A DNA stretch of 60,860 nt, filler included, from Dimargaris cristalligena (taxonomy: Eukaryota), in assembly GCA_003614675.1 (NCBI GenBank). It is 11 parts of 11 records of this genome, joined end to end, with 100 filler letters (N's around TTAATTAATTAA, not from the genome) between each part and the next. Parts side by side here need not be neighbours in the genome. Positions count along the whole stretch, not along the records: positions 50,034 to 55,459 come from ML003635.1; positions 55,560 to 60,860 come from ML003636.1; 9 more parts are not named here. One strand, given 5' to 3'. Each line of letters opens with the position of its first letter. Positions within the stretch are counted from its first letter, which is position 1. The position numbers and the translations under genes are program-made. Positions 50,565-60,860 of this stretch are shown one piece after another. The notes under the pieces were generated by a model. It did not search any database. It was given only the letters and a program-made list of their open reading frames with translations, and was not told where the DNA came from.

Positions 50565-51370
50565 CACACTATATTTCCTTGATCGATATTTGCTTTGGTG
50601 AAATATGGCCTATCCCTAGAGGGGCTCAATTGTGATTAGGCGAATAAAGTAAACGAACTCCTTCATTCGGCTCCCCGTTTACCCACAAATAGAGCCGAGG
50701 CCGTGGTCCCCTCCGCTGATTCCATGCAAAACCTTATACAGCTGGGCAGAAATTACATACATGTCCAGTTCGTGGTTAGGCATACTGGCATAAAAAAAAC
50801 TACATACAAAAGGGAAATCGAACTTTACCACGTCGGTGTATTAGGAAGCAGTACGGATTGGTTTGTTCATCAATTTTTAACTATACTACTCCCCAAGAGA
50901 AATGGCCGCATTTTTAAAGTGAATTTACCAAATATATTATACCACATTATCGCTGTAAATTATTCTGGTTTGGTCTTACATATACCTGTAGACTAGGGAA
51001 CGTAGTAGCCCCACCGATGTGTATACAGCTACTACGAAGTAATATATTCATGGGATAACAGTCATAAACAATACAATTATAAACTACGCTCAACAACTGT
51101 TGGAAAACCATAATCCCTAATCTTGAAGGCAATGCCCGCCGCCTCAGTAACATCCCCACTTAAATCCAACCCTAATACTTTACTGGTGATCATAAGGGCC
51201 CTCTAACTTCTCGTTCGAATCCATCTCTATAACCAGTGTAAAATTTTTGAAACATCTGGGTGTGTACCCACCAATTCCACTATTACTCCTCTAGATGGCC
51301 AATCATCCCTCCCCACCTTTCAATTCAACTACAGCTTTTTAGTTCACATTCGCTTCAGTAAAATTAATCT

Positions 51371-51697
51371 ATGTTCATGCGGCAGTTCGGGGGCGACGAC
51401 TCGGCCAACTTCGGTAGCGCAATATCCCTAACCGACATTCGCAACGAAGTCTACATTGGCGAACCGTTTGCCGAACACGAACAAGGCCTGTTATACCACT
51501 GGGACCCACGCGGCAAGAAATTCAACTGCCACCGGTCCACCCTTGAGCAGGGTCACCAGCGCTTCGGTAGTAATATTATGAGCACGGACCTCGACGGGGA
51601 CCAGCGCACCGACCTCGTGGTAACCTCCTCGCACGCAAGCCAGGGCAGCCGGCTCTCCGGGGTTGTCCATATTGCGCTCACTGCCATTGACCATTAA
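51371..51697 (+). CDS. C-terminal FG-GAP fragment of a GPI-specific phospholipase D-like protein
   Basis: NFGSAI...VYIGEP and RFGSNIMSTDLDGDQRTDLVV...GSRLSGVVHI, resembling the GPLD1 C-terminus (ARLSGALHV). No upstream exons recognised. Confidence 0.7.
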   Translation: MFMRQFGGDDSANFGSAISLTDIRNEVYIGEPFAEHEQGLLYHWDPRGKKFNCHRSTLEQGHQRFGSNIMSTDLDGDQRTDLVVTSSHASQGSRLSGVVHIALTAIDH

Positions 51698-52256
51698 CTC
51701 TGCGCGCGGGTAAACCACCGACTACGCCCGATTTATATGAACCCAATGTAGTATTTTTAGACGGGCGATTTAGCCCAGCTGTACGTATATTGTTGGGGCC
51801 ACCCCACCCCCTTGTACATACATGTGTATATATGCCATGATTAAACCTTCATAAACAACACTCCAATAAACAGACCAAGTGAGGGAGAGTATCAGCCAAC
51901 CATGGACCATCCAGGCAGGTGATTGGGGGCAAAATGTTTTTATAAAATAAACTTTTGGGGGTAAGATTGGGGAGGGGGCGGAATTACGGATACTAAAGAG
52001 AGAGGGTGAATTAGTGCGCGATAAGGAGAAATACATAATGGGGCATTTCAAGACGGAACAAGGTGTCTGACCGGCCCCACGTTCTAGGGAGGTGGCCGAT
52101 GGGGTATGCACAGAATGGAGGGGGGATGGACGATGCGGGGCAATAATGGGGGAGGGGAGATGGTGGATGAGGGGACTATTTACACGAACAGAACAATCCA
52201 AAAGAAGAAGAAGTGAAGATAGGAGGGAGGGGGAACAGTCAAGGGAATATAGTGTG

Positions 52257-52787
52257 ACCTAATGTCATTAGCAAGGTCCTGCTATTTGCAATATATATTT
52301 AAAAATATAGCAGCACTTTGTGGATCTGCAGTTCTGGTTTTTGATACCCGTTTTACCCAACATAGCCTGTTTCCATCTCCATCAAGTCCCCCCACCTCAC
52401 CTTTTGCATTTAAACCCATTCTTGCCCTTCTAAAACCGTGTTTGCGATACAGTTGCCTTTGCTCTTCCATAACCTCATTGTAGCCGTTGCTGCTATCCGT
52501 ATCTCTTCACCGACTTGATTTCGCCCCGAAATCTCGGTATCCATTTAATCCTCAAAATCGGGACTTAATCCTGAACAGCCCCTAGTTCGCCGCAACGTTG
52601 AACCCCAATATCCCACCCCGCGGCCCAGCCCTAATCCCTTAGCGACCTCTTACTTTAATTGCAGATAGACCAGCAACCGTGGTCGCTAGTCTGCAACATT
52701 ATAGCTTTACTTTGGCTCAATAAAACCATATAGAACTTTTTGCATTTACACCCTGTATCTTCGAGACGGGTGTACCTATAGTTGGTA
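52257..52787 (-). repeat. 531-bp repeat, copy B (inverted)
   Basis: Reverse complement of copy A. Confidence 0.95.
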
Positions 52788-54917
52788 TTGTCCAAGCAGT
52801 AATGCCATTACAGCATTTATTTTGAGTGACAATGAGCCCTCAATTAAATACATTGCCTGAAGGAACGGGAAATGGAGCAACCCTGGTTTCTGAAACTTCC
52901 TTTGTGGAAATTTGAATAAGTAAGGGAGTAGTGTCATTACTTTTATAAAATATGGCTGATCAAACATTTGGCAAATAATTGGCTGTAAATCATGGAGCTT
53001 AATCCAATTAGCGCGGTCAGTAACCTTGATTCCATATAATTGCCTAGAAATAGCTATGCTGGGGGAGTCGAAATATCCTGGCGTCATTAGATCCTCTTTA
53101 AGTAGAAATAAAACCGTATAATGATAAGTATACAAGGCCTAGCGGGTTATCTATAGGGTACGATTAACGAAGGAAATGATAGGCCGGCCGGATCATGGGG
53201 TCTACATAATCGTAGGGATATTTCTAAATAGTGGACTGTGTGAGCCGAACCTTTTACCAAGCAGCGGGAAATGCAATTGGATGATTGCAAGGAAGTAGCT
53301 ATTGAGGCCGTGTAGGTCAGTTTGGGATTAATTGGTTGGTGCTTATCAAATGAACGGGTGAAGTATATGGTGGTGAGTAGGCCATTCAAAGTATTGAGTA
53401 TACACTATGGCCAAATGTATAAATGGGTAAAATTTAGTACAAATCAGCTCCATTTTGAATAATGGTTAGTTAGAGCCAGTCTTAACTGTAAAGTTTCGGT
53501 GAGTAAAAGGCGAATTCGTTGTATAGCGGGGTTGGGCATCCCCTATTGAATATTCACCAACTCAATTGGCCCCGAGCAAGGAAGACAACCTTAAAATGCA
53601 ATTCCCCACCCCAACTCTAGGCAAATTCTCGCTAATTAGGGCTGAGCTGCTCGCCTCGACCTGGCTTGTGAACTGACAGGCAACTTCTTGAGGGAGGATA
53701 CGTCTTCCAGCCATACAAGGTGCACCACAATGGCCTGGCTAATCAGGCCATGAGGGAAACCTCAATAGCTGATGGTAGACGCTGGGTCTTAATTAGGATA
53801 GATTTTCCCCCTTTGATGGATGATATCATAACATAGAGACAGCTGTAGTACAGTGGCAGACCCTGACTCGGATAGGGCTTGAAGCGGACTTAGGCTCTTA
53901 ATCCATCGATCAATGGACTTAATGATAGCGGTGACTGACTCTGAGTAGTGTTAGCTGGTAGCTAATCCGGCAGCTGGGAGGCATGGGTGTACTGCCGCTC
54001 AAGAAAGCCCATTATTCAAATATACACCCTTTTAGATGGTGAAGAATGAATTTCCACAGGTGGTTCCATTCATCGGGGGCTCAGTTCCGTAATTGCTGGT
54101 CGGTAATATGGCTATACTACTTCTTTGCGGGTGGCTTTGTCTACACCAATATGCGAAATTGAATCAGAAATCGACTATGGCCAATCAATCAATTCACCAC
54201 CAAGCGGGTATCTAGTTTTATTTGGAATGGTCCAGTCGTGGTTCGCACCATCTCCTGCAACCCAAATTCAATACCGGGCGACAACTTGGAAGTCAGGCCA
54301 GCCCCGGCCTTCATCATTACCTCCCTCGGTGAATGTTAACCGCGAACGGGGAATATCCCTCCAAATGACGGTTTTCCAGGAGTTCATTAACCCGTAGACC
54401 TAATCATCCCCTTCCGGGCTGATTAAGAATACCCTGGAGTTGGTGGAAGCGCGCAAACCTAATACACCGTTCATGTCGACCTATTCTGCCACTATACTCA
54501 CTGTCCAACTAAAATGAGTGTCAGCAGTTTTGGCATGTATATATACAGAGAAACCCACCTTGACTAGTTAATACTACATATGCTATTCCTTTCAAGAAAA
54601 ACTCGGAAAGGTATATATATATTTAATCACACTCCACGTAAATTTAAAGCTCTTCTCCAAAATAACCAGGGAAGTCCTCCTACTCGAGTTGACGGACCAA
54701 AAACGGACCTTGAATTTATCCCAAGAAACGTTCCTATAGTTTCCGACCAAGCAGCCTGCTGCTCCACAAACTGGAACCAAACCACCCCCTTGTACATCCA
54801 AATTGGCCAGTAGTGGATGAGCTATAAGGCACGCCGCCGCGTTATACTGTATTCCAGAAACCGTAGATATCATCCGCCAATAGCTGGCGGGGCTATTTTT
54901 TAAAGTCAGTTAGTTCG

Positions 54918-55448
54918 TACCAACTATAGGTACACCCGTCTCGAAGATACAGGGTGTAAATGCAAAAAGTTCTATATGGTTTTATTGAGCCAAAGTAAAG
55001 CTATAATGTTGCAGACTAGCGACCACGGTTGCTGGTCTATCTGCAATTAAAGTAAGAGGTCGCTAAGGGATTAGGGCTGGGCCGCGGGGTGGGATATTGG
55101 GGTTCAACGTTGCGGCGAACTAGGGGCTGTTCAGGATTAAGTCCCGATTTTGAGGATTAAATGGATACCGAGATTTCGGGGCGAAATCAAGTCGGTGAAG
55201 AGATACGGATAGCAGCAACGGCTACAATGAGGTTATGGAAGAGCAAAGGCAACTGTATCGCAAACACGGTTTTAGAAGGGCAAGAATGGGTTTAAATGCA
55301 AAAGGTGAGGTGGGGGGACTTGATGGAGATGGAAACAGGCTATGTTGGGTAAAACGGGTATCAAAAACCAGAACTGCAGATCCACAAAGTGCTGCTATAT
55401 TTTTAAATATATATTGCAAATAGCAGGACCTTGCTAATGACATTAGGT
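54918..55448 (+). repeat. 531-bp repeat, copy C
   Basis: Direct copy of A. Confidence 0.95.
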
Positions 55449-56983
55449 AGACTATATATNNNNNNNNNNNNNNNNNNNNNNNNNNNNNNNNNNNNNNNNN
55501 NNNTTAATTAATTAANNNNNNNNNNNNNNNNNNNNNNNNNNNNNNNNNNNNNNNNNNNNATATATCTGCTCTACCTTCTCCTCCTCATATGTTGTATGCT
55601 TATCCAATCGTTGCCTACTCCGCCCCATACTTTCTTTATCATCTAAGGATATTTCTAAGTAAACCGCGGAGAAGAGCGGGAAGTAGTTTTTTAATGCAAT
55701 CAACTGAGCCTCATTCATGATGTTCTTGATGCATCCTTTATCGCTGTAGTCTAGCTTTTTTATTATTATTACTATTATTATTCAAAAATGTATTTTCACC
55801 CGCACCCTTTTCCAATCGTCAAATTTACCTACTCAACCCGCCCTCTCTCCCTTGCTATTTCAACGCCAATTTATCATACATTTCTTGAACAATAAACCCC
55901 ACAACTTATTTTTGGTGTCGCTATTTCTCGACTGGATCATTCCCGGACACCACCCCACCTAAAAGCAAATTAAAAGGAGTTCAAAATGGAACCAGCTAAT
56001 GCAAAGGCAGAGGAGTTGAGGGGCTGTTGCCAGAGACCCCCACTCTTTAAACTACCGCCTATTGCGAAAGTTCGCCAATGATTACATTTGGAATTAGTAT
56101 GACACCATCAGTCACTCGTAGTTTCTGCATTTATAAAATCCTTTGCTATAATATTCTTAATTCCCACTGACATGCGGTGCAGGGGCTATTTGATGCCAGT
56201 TGGTCTAGTATACTCTGCTTTGGCAATGGGTTTCCGGTCCTATTACTACAATCATCTAAAGATGAAGTCAGCTTATAAATAATACCCCAATTGCCATTCC
56301 GACTATGCCGTGGATTGTTCCTTCTTTCACTTGCTTAACGGGCAAATTGCCTAAAGACTTTAATATTACGATCCCCGGAAGCTATGAACTGCATCTAGGT
56401 AGTCCTAGGCGTTTAAGACCTGGCCCAATTTTCGCAATTTAATGGCCATCCCGCCACTACAATAGCATGTACTGTTTCAATCCATCTTGCAAAAGTAGGT
56501 GAATTCGAATGGATTGGTGGTAAACGTATAATCAATTCACTCTTTAATCAAAATGTTTGAAGATAGAAAATAAAGGGAAACTGGTGTCTAAAAAAAAAAA
56601 AGATAAAAAGGGGGAACCAGAATTATCCAAAAAGATAAATCATTGTACATGGGTGGATAATTGCCAAGAGAGTAGTAAGAATAGGCAAAAGTGGGTGTAA
56701 TAAAAAATGAACATAAATTTGAAAAATGCGGATAGAATATAGTCGAATTGAGATGATCTTCAAAAATTAAAATTAAAGTAAATAAGTAACCAGGACCTTG
56801 CAGAGCCCATGGAAAACGAAAGAAATGGCCAGGTCGATGACAGCCGCGTTGGAGTAAAAAAATGTATGATTAACTCGCCAACGCAACACATTCACCGCCT
56901 CGGAGTAATGTCGAGGGCAAAGTAAATCAGCATTAATAGTGAAATACCTGTCGCTAATGATAAAGAGCTGTGCCCTAGATTCT

Positions 56984-59900
56984 TCAGTGACGAGCCTTGC
57001 CAAGCAACTCTTCAAATCGCTTAGGCCGCTTTTGGGTCGATTTGCCAAATACTCGCTTAATAACCCGCTGTGCGAAGCTAACCAAGACGGTGGATAAGCG
57101 CTGGAGCACGTACCGCTCGGCAATCCAAGAGACCACGCAGTTGGCCACCGCAATACCCCACACCGTCCAGGTAAACGAGTTGGAAAGGGACGGAGTGGTC
57201 ACCAGCTCAAAGAGCGAAGTCCAGAAATACCCTTCGCGAGGCAGCAGAAGGACGACCGAACTAAAAACCAGTAGAAGCACAGTGGTGGCGATAAAAGGGT
57301 AGTTGTGTATACTGGAGCGACGGTAAGGCGGGCCAATGCTGAATACGACGGCCGTGAAGATGTACTGGAAATTGGACACTAGGAACAGTACCGTGTTTTC
57401 GTAGCAGTTCACAAGGATATGGTCGTCATCGATTGAGTCACGATCGGGCTCGACGTAGTAAGGTTGATTTTGCACCAAGGCCATTGGTAGGTATTGGAAA
57501 CCAAACACCAAGATAATGTGGCCAAACAACGACGACAATACAGGCTGCGAAATCAAGGATGCCGCGGGAGCCTGGGTATGCAGCTTGTGATAGGGCGGGG
57601 AATTACCCATAAAGATGGCGATAGGAATGATGATGAAGAGGTCGATGAACAGGAACTGGAAATCGCCCAAACTAGCGCCAAACCTGTAAAGCAAACTGAC
57701 GGTGACGAACTGGATCATACTGTACAGGGCCATATACTTGAAGCAACTGAAACTGGTGGTGAGAGCGCATCGGCCTTCCCGGATAAGGTCCAGCACACAA
57801 GTAATGTCGGTTGACTGGCTAGTGAAGGGGGCTGCGACGGAAGCTTCGGCCTCGGACAGGGACAGGCCCACGTCCGCCGCTTTAAGAGCCCCGCAGTCGT
57901 TGGCGCCGTCCCCGCAGAAGCCCACGCAATAGTCGATCTCCTGTAGTTTCTCCACCATCTCCTGTTTCTCGTCAGGGGACATGCGCGCGAAGACCTGGCA
58001 TTTAATAAGAACTTGCTCCAGCGTTTCTCGGGGACTATTGTCCAAAATCCAGCGCACCGCCTCGCCCGTAAGGGCCAGAGCATGCGGGATCTGATTAACC
58101 GCCGCGGTATTGGGGCCCAGGCCACTATCATCCGCGCTAGCGGAGGGGATAGCGCCGGAGCGAATCGGCGAAACTACACTTTGACTGGGAGGTAAAGTCG
58201 AAGTAACCGATTCAGAGTGGGCTGCGAGAGCGGAGGAGGAGGAGGACAAGGAAGCTGGGGACGAGGATGACGACGAAGAGATCCGAAGGGGTTCCAAGGA
58301 ATAAGGGTCCAGAATATGGTCAGGACGTTCAATGTCCTCCCACACCAGTTTGATGCCCGGCCCATCCGCGAACGAGCCTTCCAAACAACGGGCCGAATAG
58401 ACCGGCTGATGCTCCCCCACGATGCCACATTCACGGGCCACGCTGACTGCAGTTAGAACATTGTCGCCGGTACACATCACCTGGCGGATATTGGCCTCTC
58501 CGAGAGTCTTAATCACGCCGGCCGTAGTGGGCTTGAGCTTGTTTTCAAAGACGATGAACCCCAAAAAGTCCAAATTGGTTTCGAGCTGATCCCGTTTGAC
58601 CTTTTGCACGCGCAGCCAGTTCATTTTACGCTCCAGTGTCTTGCCGGCACAAGCAATGACGCGATAGCCGTGCTGAGTATACTGGTTGAGGGTGGCGTGG
58701 AAGTCGGCGGGAATGGTTTCGGGTCGGCAAATCTGCAACATCACCTCGGGGGCGCCTTTAACAAACACCTGCATGCTGGGGGACTGCATGGCCTTGACAA
58801 TAACACTCATTCGTCGCAAAGAGGGTAAAAATTCGAAACTGCGAATTACACCCAGTTCAAAGTGGGTGCCAGGTCGAGCAAGTAGGTCATCTAGACTGAA
58901 TCTTTGGATATTGGGTGGGCGCACCACAGTAGGTACAATACCATCCTGGAAACCGAATTGGCGGGACGAGGGGGGGCGTGATTCGCACAAGGAGCCTCGG
59001 CGTGGGACATCGGCACTGGACAACTCAGCGGGGACGGGAGCGGCGGAGGCAGGAAGAAGGGCAGATTCGTCACCGCCTTCCTCGATAGTCCAGGAGGTAA
59101 ACTCGAACATCTTAATGTCGATAGGATCGCCAATCACGTCGCCATCCACTACCTTGAGGGAGTGGCAGGTGGCCATGGCATGCAGTAGGCCCATGGCGCT
59201 GTCTGGTGCAGTGGCAGCGGCTTTTTCCGAGCGGGACGTTTGTTGGGTACCGGCGGAGGGTCGGTTCAGGCTGCCTACTGAGCTGCAGAGGTCCACCAGT
59301 TGGCCCTGGTTGCGGTCCACAAACTGAACACCCAGCACGTCAAGGCCATCCTCGGTCAACGTGCCAGTTTTGTCAAAACACAAGATATCCACTTTGCCCG
59401 ACACATTAATCCGGGGTGGACTGGTACAGTAAATACGCTGCTTGCGAAGGCGGTTGAGGGCGAAAGTCATACCAATGGACATGGTAGCAGGTAGAGCGGG
59501 GGGTACCACAATTGTGATGAGGTCGAGCGCCCGCTTGATAATAATGCCCGCGTGTAGGCCCAGGCGGACGAAGTTGGCGATACTCGCAAGGAAGCCCAGG
59601 CAGGCGATAATGGCCATGACTCCGACAAATCGGAAGGCATCCTGGTAGAACTTAAACTTGTTGGGTCGGGGGAACAGGATAGACCGAATTAGGGAGCCCT
59701 TGGAAGTGTTAAAGCCGGTCCGGATTACCAATGCGGTGGCTCGGGGTGCGCTCTCCACCTGGTGGTAGGTCTGCCATTGTCGGCCGCCCATCCCCGGCGT
59801 GGTAGTACGGACACGAATGAGCCGGGTACCGCAGAAGAGGGTATGCCGGGCTACTTCAGGCCCAGGGTTCAGGCAGGTCATATCCAAGTCACGCAGAGTC

Positions 59901-60784
59901 TGGCCCACAGCCGGGGTTTTGGATACGGGAATACTTTCCCCCGTGAGCATACTCTCGTTAACGATACAATCCCCTTCGAGTAAGATAGCGTCGCATGGGA
60001 CTTGATGGAGACTAGGGTCGGAGACTTCGAACACATCGCCCGGTACCAATTGATGGGATGATACCTCGACCCAGGCCTCGCCACGGAATACGGAAAGGGG
60101 GCACTCAAAACGAGCCATTTCACACATGCGCTGTTCGTTCTTTCGGGTTTCTCGGTAAGTAGCGATAATCGACACTACTGAAATGATAAAAATGCAGGTG
60201 GCGTAATAGTAGTAATCGTCCGAGAACCATAGAGCCATACTAGCAATCTGGAACACGTAGAAAGGGTGTAGGATTTCGTCCATGAGTAACTGAACAAGGG
60301 ATTTTTCGAGGATCTCGATGGTATTGGCCCCGAAAAGGTCAAACCGCTCCTGGAAAGAGCGACTGGTTAGCCCTGCCCGGGTTTGTTTAGGGGTTTTGGA
60401 CCACTGGTTGGGCTTCCAGCTATTCACATGTTGGTACCGACGCTCGATCGGGTTAAACAAAAAGCGGTTATGGCGGTGTTCAAAATACGTAAGACGGTCA
60501 AAATGAAACGGCACGCAGCCATTGGGTAGAGAACACCCCGGAAATACGGATTCGAACGTGCCGGCGTACGGTTGACGGATGATAGGCTCAACATGGTAAT
60601 TGCCCCACTCATTGGTCACCACTAGCCAGTCAGCAGAGTCCAACGGGGTCGGGGCAGCCACAAAGGCAATGCGGCGTTTGGGGAACCAGCGACCGAGAAC
60701 ATAGAGGATACCGCCAGTTAGAACACAGAGCAGATAGTACAGATAAAGAAGCGGTGTCCGGTAATGGTGGCCTTGAATGACGAT
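56984..60784 (-). CDS. YPK9: P5B-type ATPase (Ypk9/ATP13A2-like), 5'-partial; large exon starts at a TAG acceptor near 60785
   Basis: HPFYVFQ, LTGES, VVPPALP (P5B signature), CFDKTGTLT, KGAPE, TGDN, FARMSPDEK and GDGANDCGALK. Confidence 0.96.
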   Translation of the reverse strand: MVIQGHHYRTPLLYLYYLLCVLTGGILYVLGRWFPKRRIAFVAAPTPLDSADWLVVTNEWGNYHVEPIIRQPYAGTFESVFPGCSLPNGCVPFHFDRLTYFEHRHNRFLFNPIERRYQHVNSWKPNQWSKTPKQTRAGLTSRSFQERFDLFGANTIEILEKSLVQLLMDEILHPFYVFQIASMALWFSDDYYYYATCIFIISVVSIIATYRETRKNEQRMCEMARFECPLSVFRGEAWVEVSSHQLVPGDVFEVSDPSLHQVPCDAILLEGDCIVNESMLTGESIPVSKTPAVGQTLRDLDMTCLNPGPEVARHTLFCGTRLIRVRTTTPGMGGRQWQTYHQVESAPRATALVIRTGFNTSKGSLIRSILFPRPNKFKFYQDAFRFVGVMAIIACLGFLASIANFVRLGLHAGIIIKRALDLITIVVPPALPATMSIGMTFALNRLRKQRIYCTSPPRINVSGKVDILCFDKTGTLTEDGLDVLGVQFVDRNQGQLVDLCSSVGSLNRPSAGTQQTSRSEKAAATAPDSAMGLLHAMATCHSLKVVDGDVIGDPIDIKMFEFTSWTIEEGGDESALLPASAAPVPAELSSADVPRRGSLCESRPPSSRQFGFQDGIVPTVVRPPNIQRFSLDDLLARPGTHFELGVIRSFEFLPSLRRMSVIVKAMQSPSMQVFVKGAPEVMLQICRPETIPADFHATLNQYTQHGYRVIACAGKTLERKMNWLRVQKVKRDQLETNLDFLGFIVFENKLKPTTAGVIKTLGEANIRQVMCTGDNVLTAVSVARECGIVGEHQPVYSARCLEGSFADGPGIKLVWEDIERPDHILDPYSLEPLRISSSSSSSPASLSSSSSALAAHSESVTSTLPPSQSVVSPIRSGAIPSASADDSGLGPNTAAVNQIPHALALTGEAVRWILDNSPRETLEQVLIKCQVFARMSPDEKQEMVEKLQEIDYCVGFCGDGANDCGALKAADVGLSLSEAEASVAAPFTSQSTDITCVLDLIREGRCALTTSFSCFKYMALYSMIQFVTVSLLYRFGASLGDFQFLFIDLFIIIPIAIFMGNSPPYHKLHTQAPAASLISQPVLSSLFGHIILVFGFQYLPMALVQNQPYYVEPDRDSIDDDHILVNCYENTVLFLVSNFQYIFTAVVFSIGPPYRRSSIHNYPFIATTVLLLVFSSVVLLLPREGYFWTSLFELVTTPSLSNSFTWTVWGIAVANCVVSWIAERYVLQRLSTVLVSFAQRVIKRVFGKSTQKRPKRFEELLGKARH

Positions 60785-60860
60785 CTAAGAGAAGGCGTAA
60801 ATGAAGTGATAGGTGGATAAATAAAATGATGAGAAAGGAGCAAAGTAACAAGTACTATAA

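Noticed and set aside
55560..55718. Minus-strand ORF start cut by the contig edge
   Set aside because: About 50 residues with no recognisable motif.

Overview
This window is not continuous DNA. It is 11 unrelated contigs of about 5.4 kb, in descending size order, joined by N-TTAATTAATTAA-N linkers, so adjacency across linkers means nothing. The DNA is eukaryotic and fungal, with GT-AG introns and GC-rich genes. An early-diverging, possibly Dimargaris-like mycoparasite is my inference from the NRPS relic and the secreted orphan genes; it is not proven. Recognisable genes are an FG-nucleoporin (Nup1/Nup153-like), HEM3, a zf-HIT protein, TOR, a Cdc4-like WD40 protein, an Akr1-like palmitoyltransferase, Sad1/USP39, an ACOT9-like thioesterase, a GPI-PLD tail and a P5B-ATPase. 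Mobile DNA comprises an apparently intact, circularly permuted Ty3/Gypsy element, a dead mariner, LTR-like fragments, a ~150-bp MITE family, a triplicated 531-bp repeat and a decayed NRPS. The best leads are five. (1) Two genes encode a signal peptide followed by an F-box motif, making them candidate host-SCF-hijacking effectors. (2) The retroelement has non-canonical catalytic motifs (RT YIDN, protease DQG) and a 107-bp LTR with no obvious PBS or PPT. (3) Repeats show RIP-like CpA/CpG-to-TpA hypermutation. (4) A strongly codon-biased 74-aa ORF encodes a cationic amphipathic helix. (5) One protein resembles animal HAX1. All family calls come from motif recognition by eye; no database searches were run.
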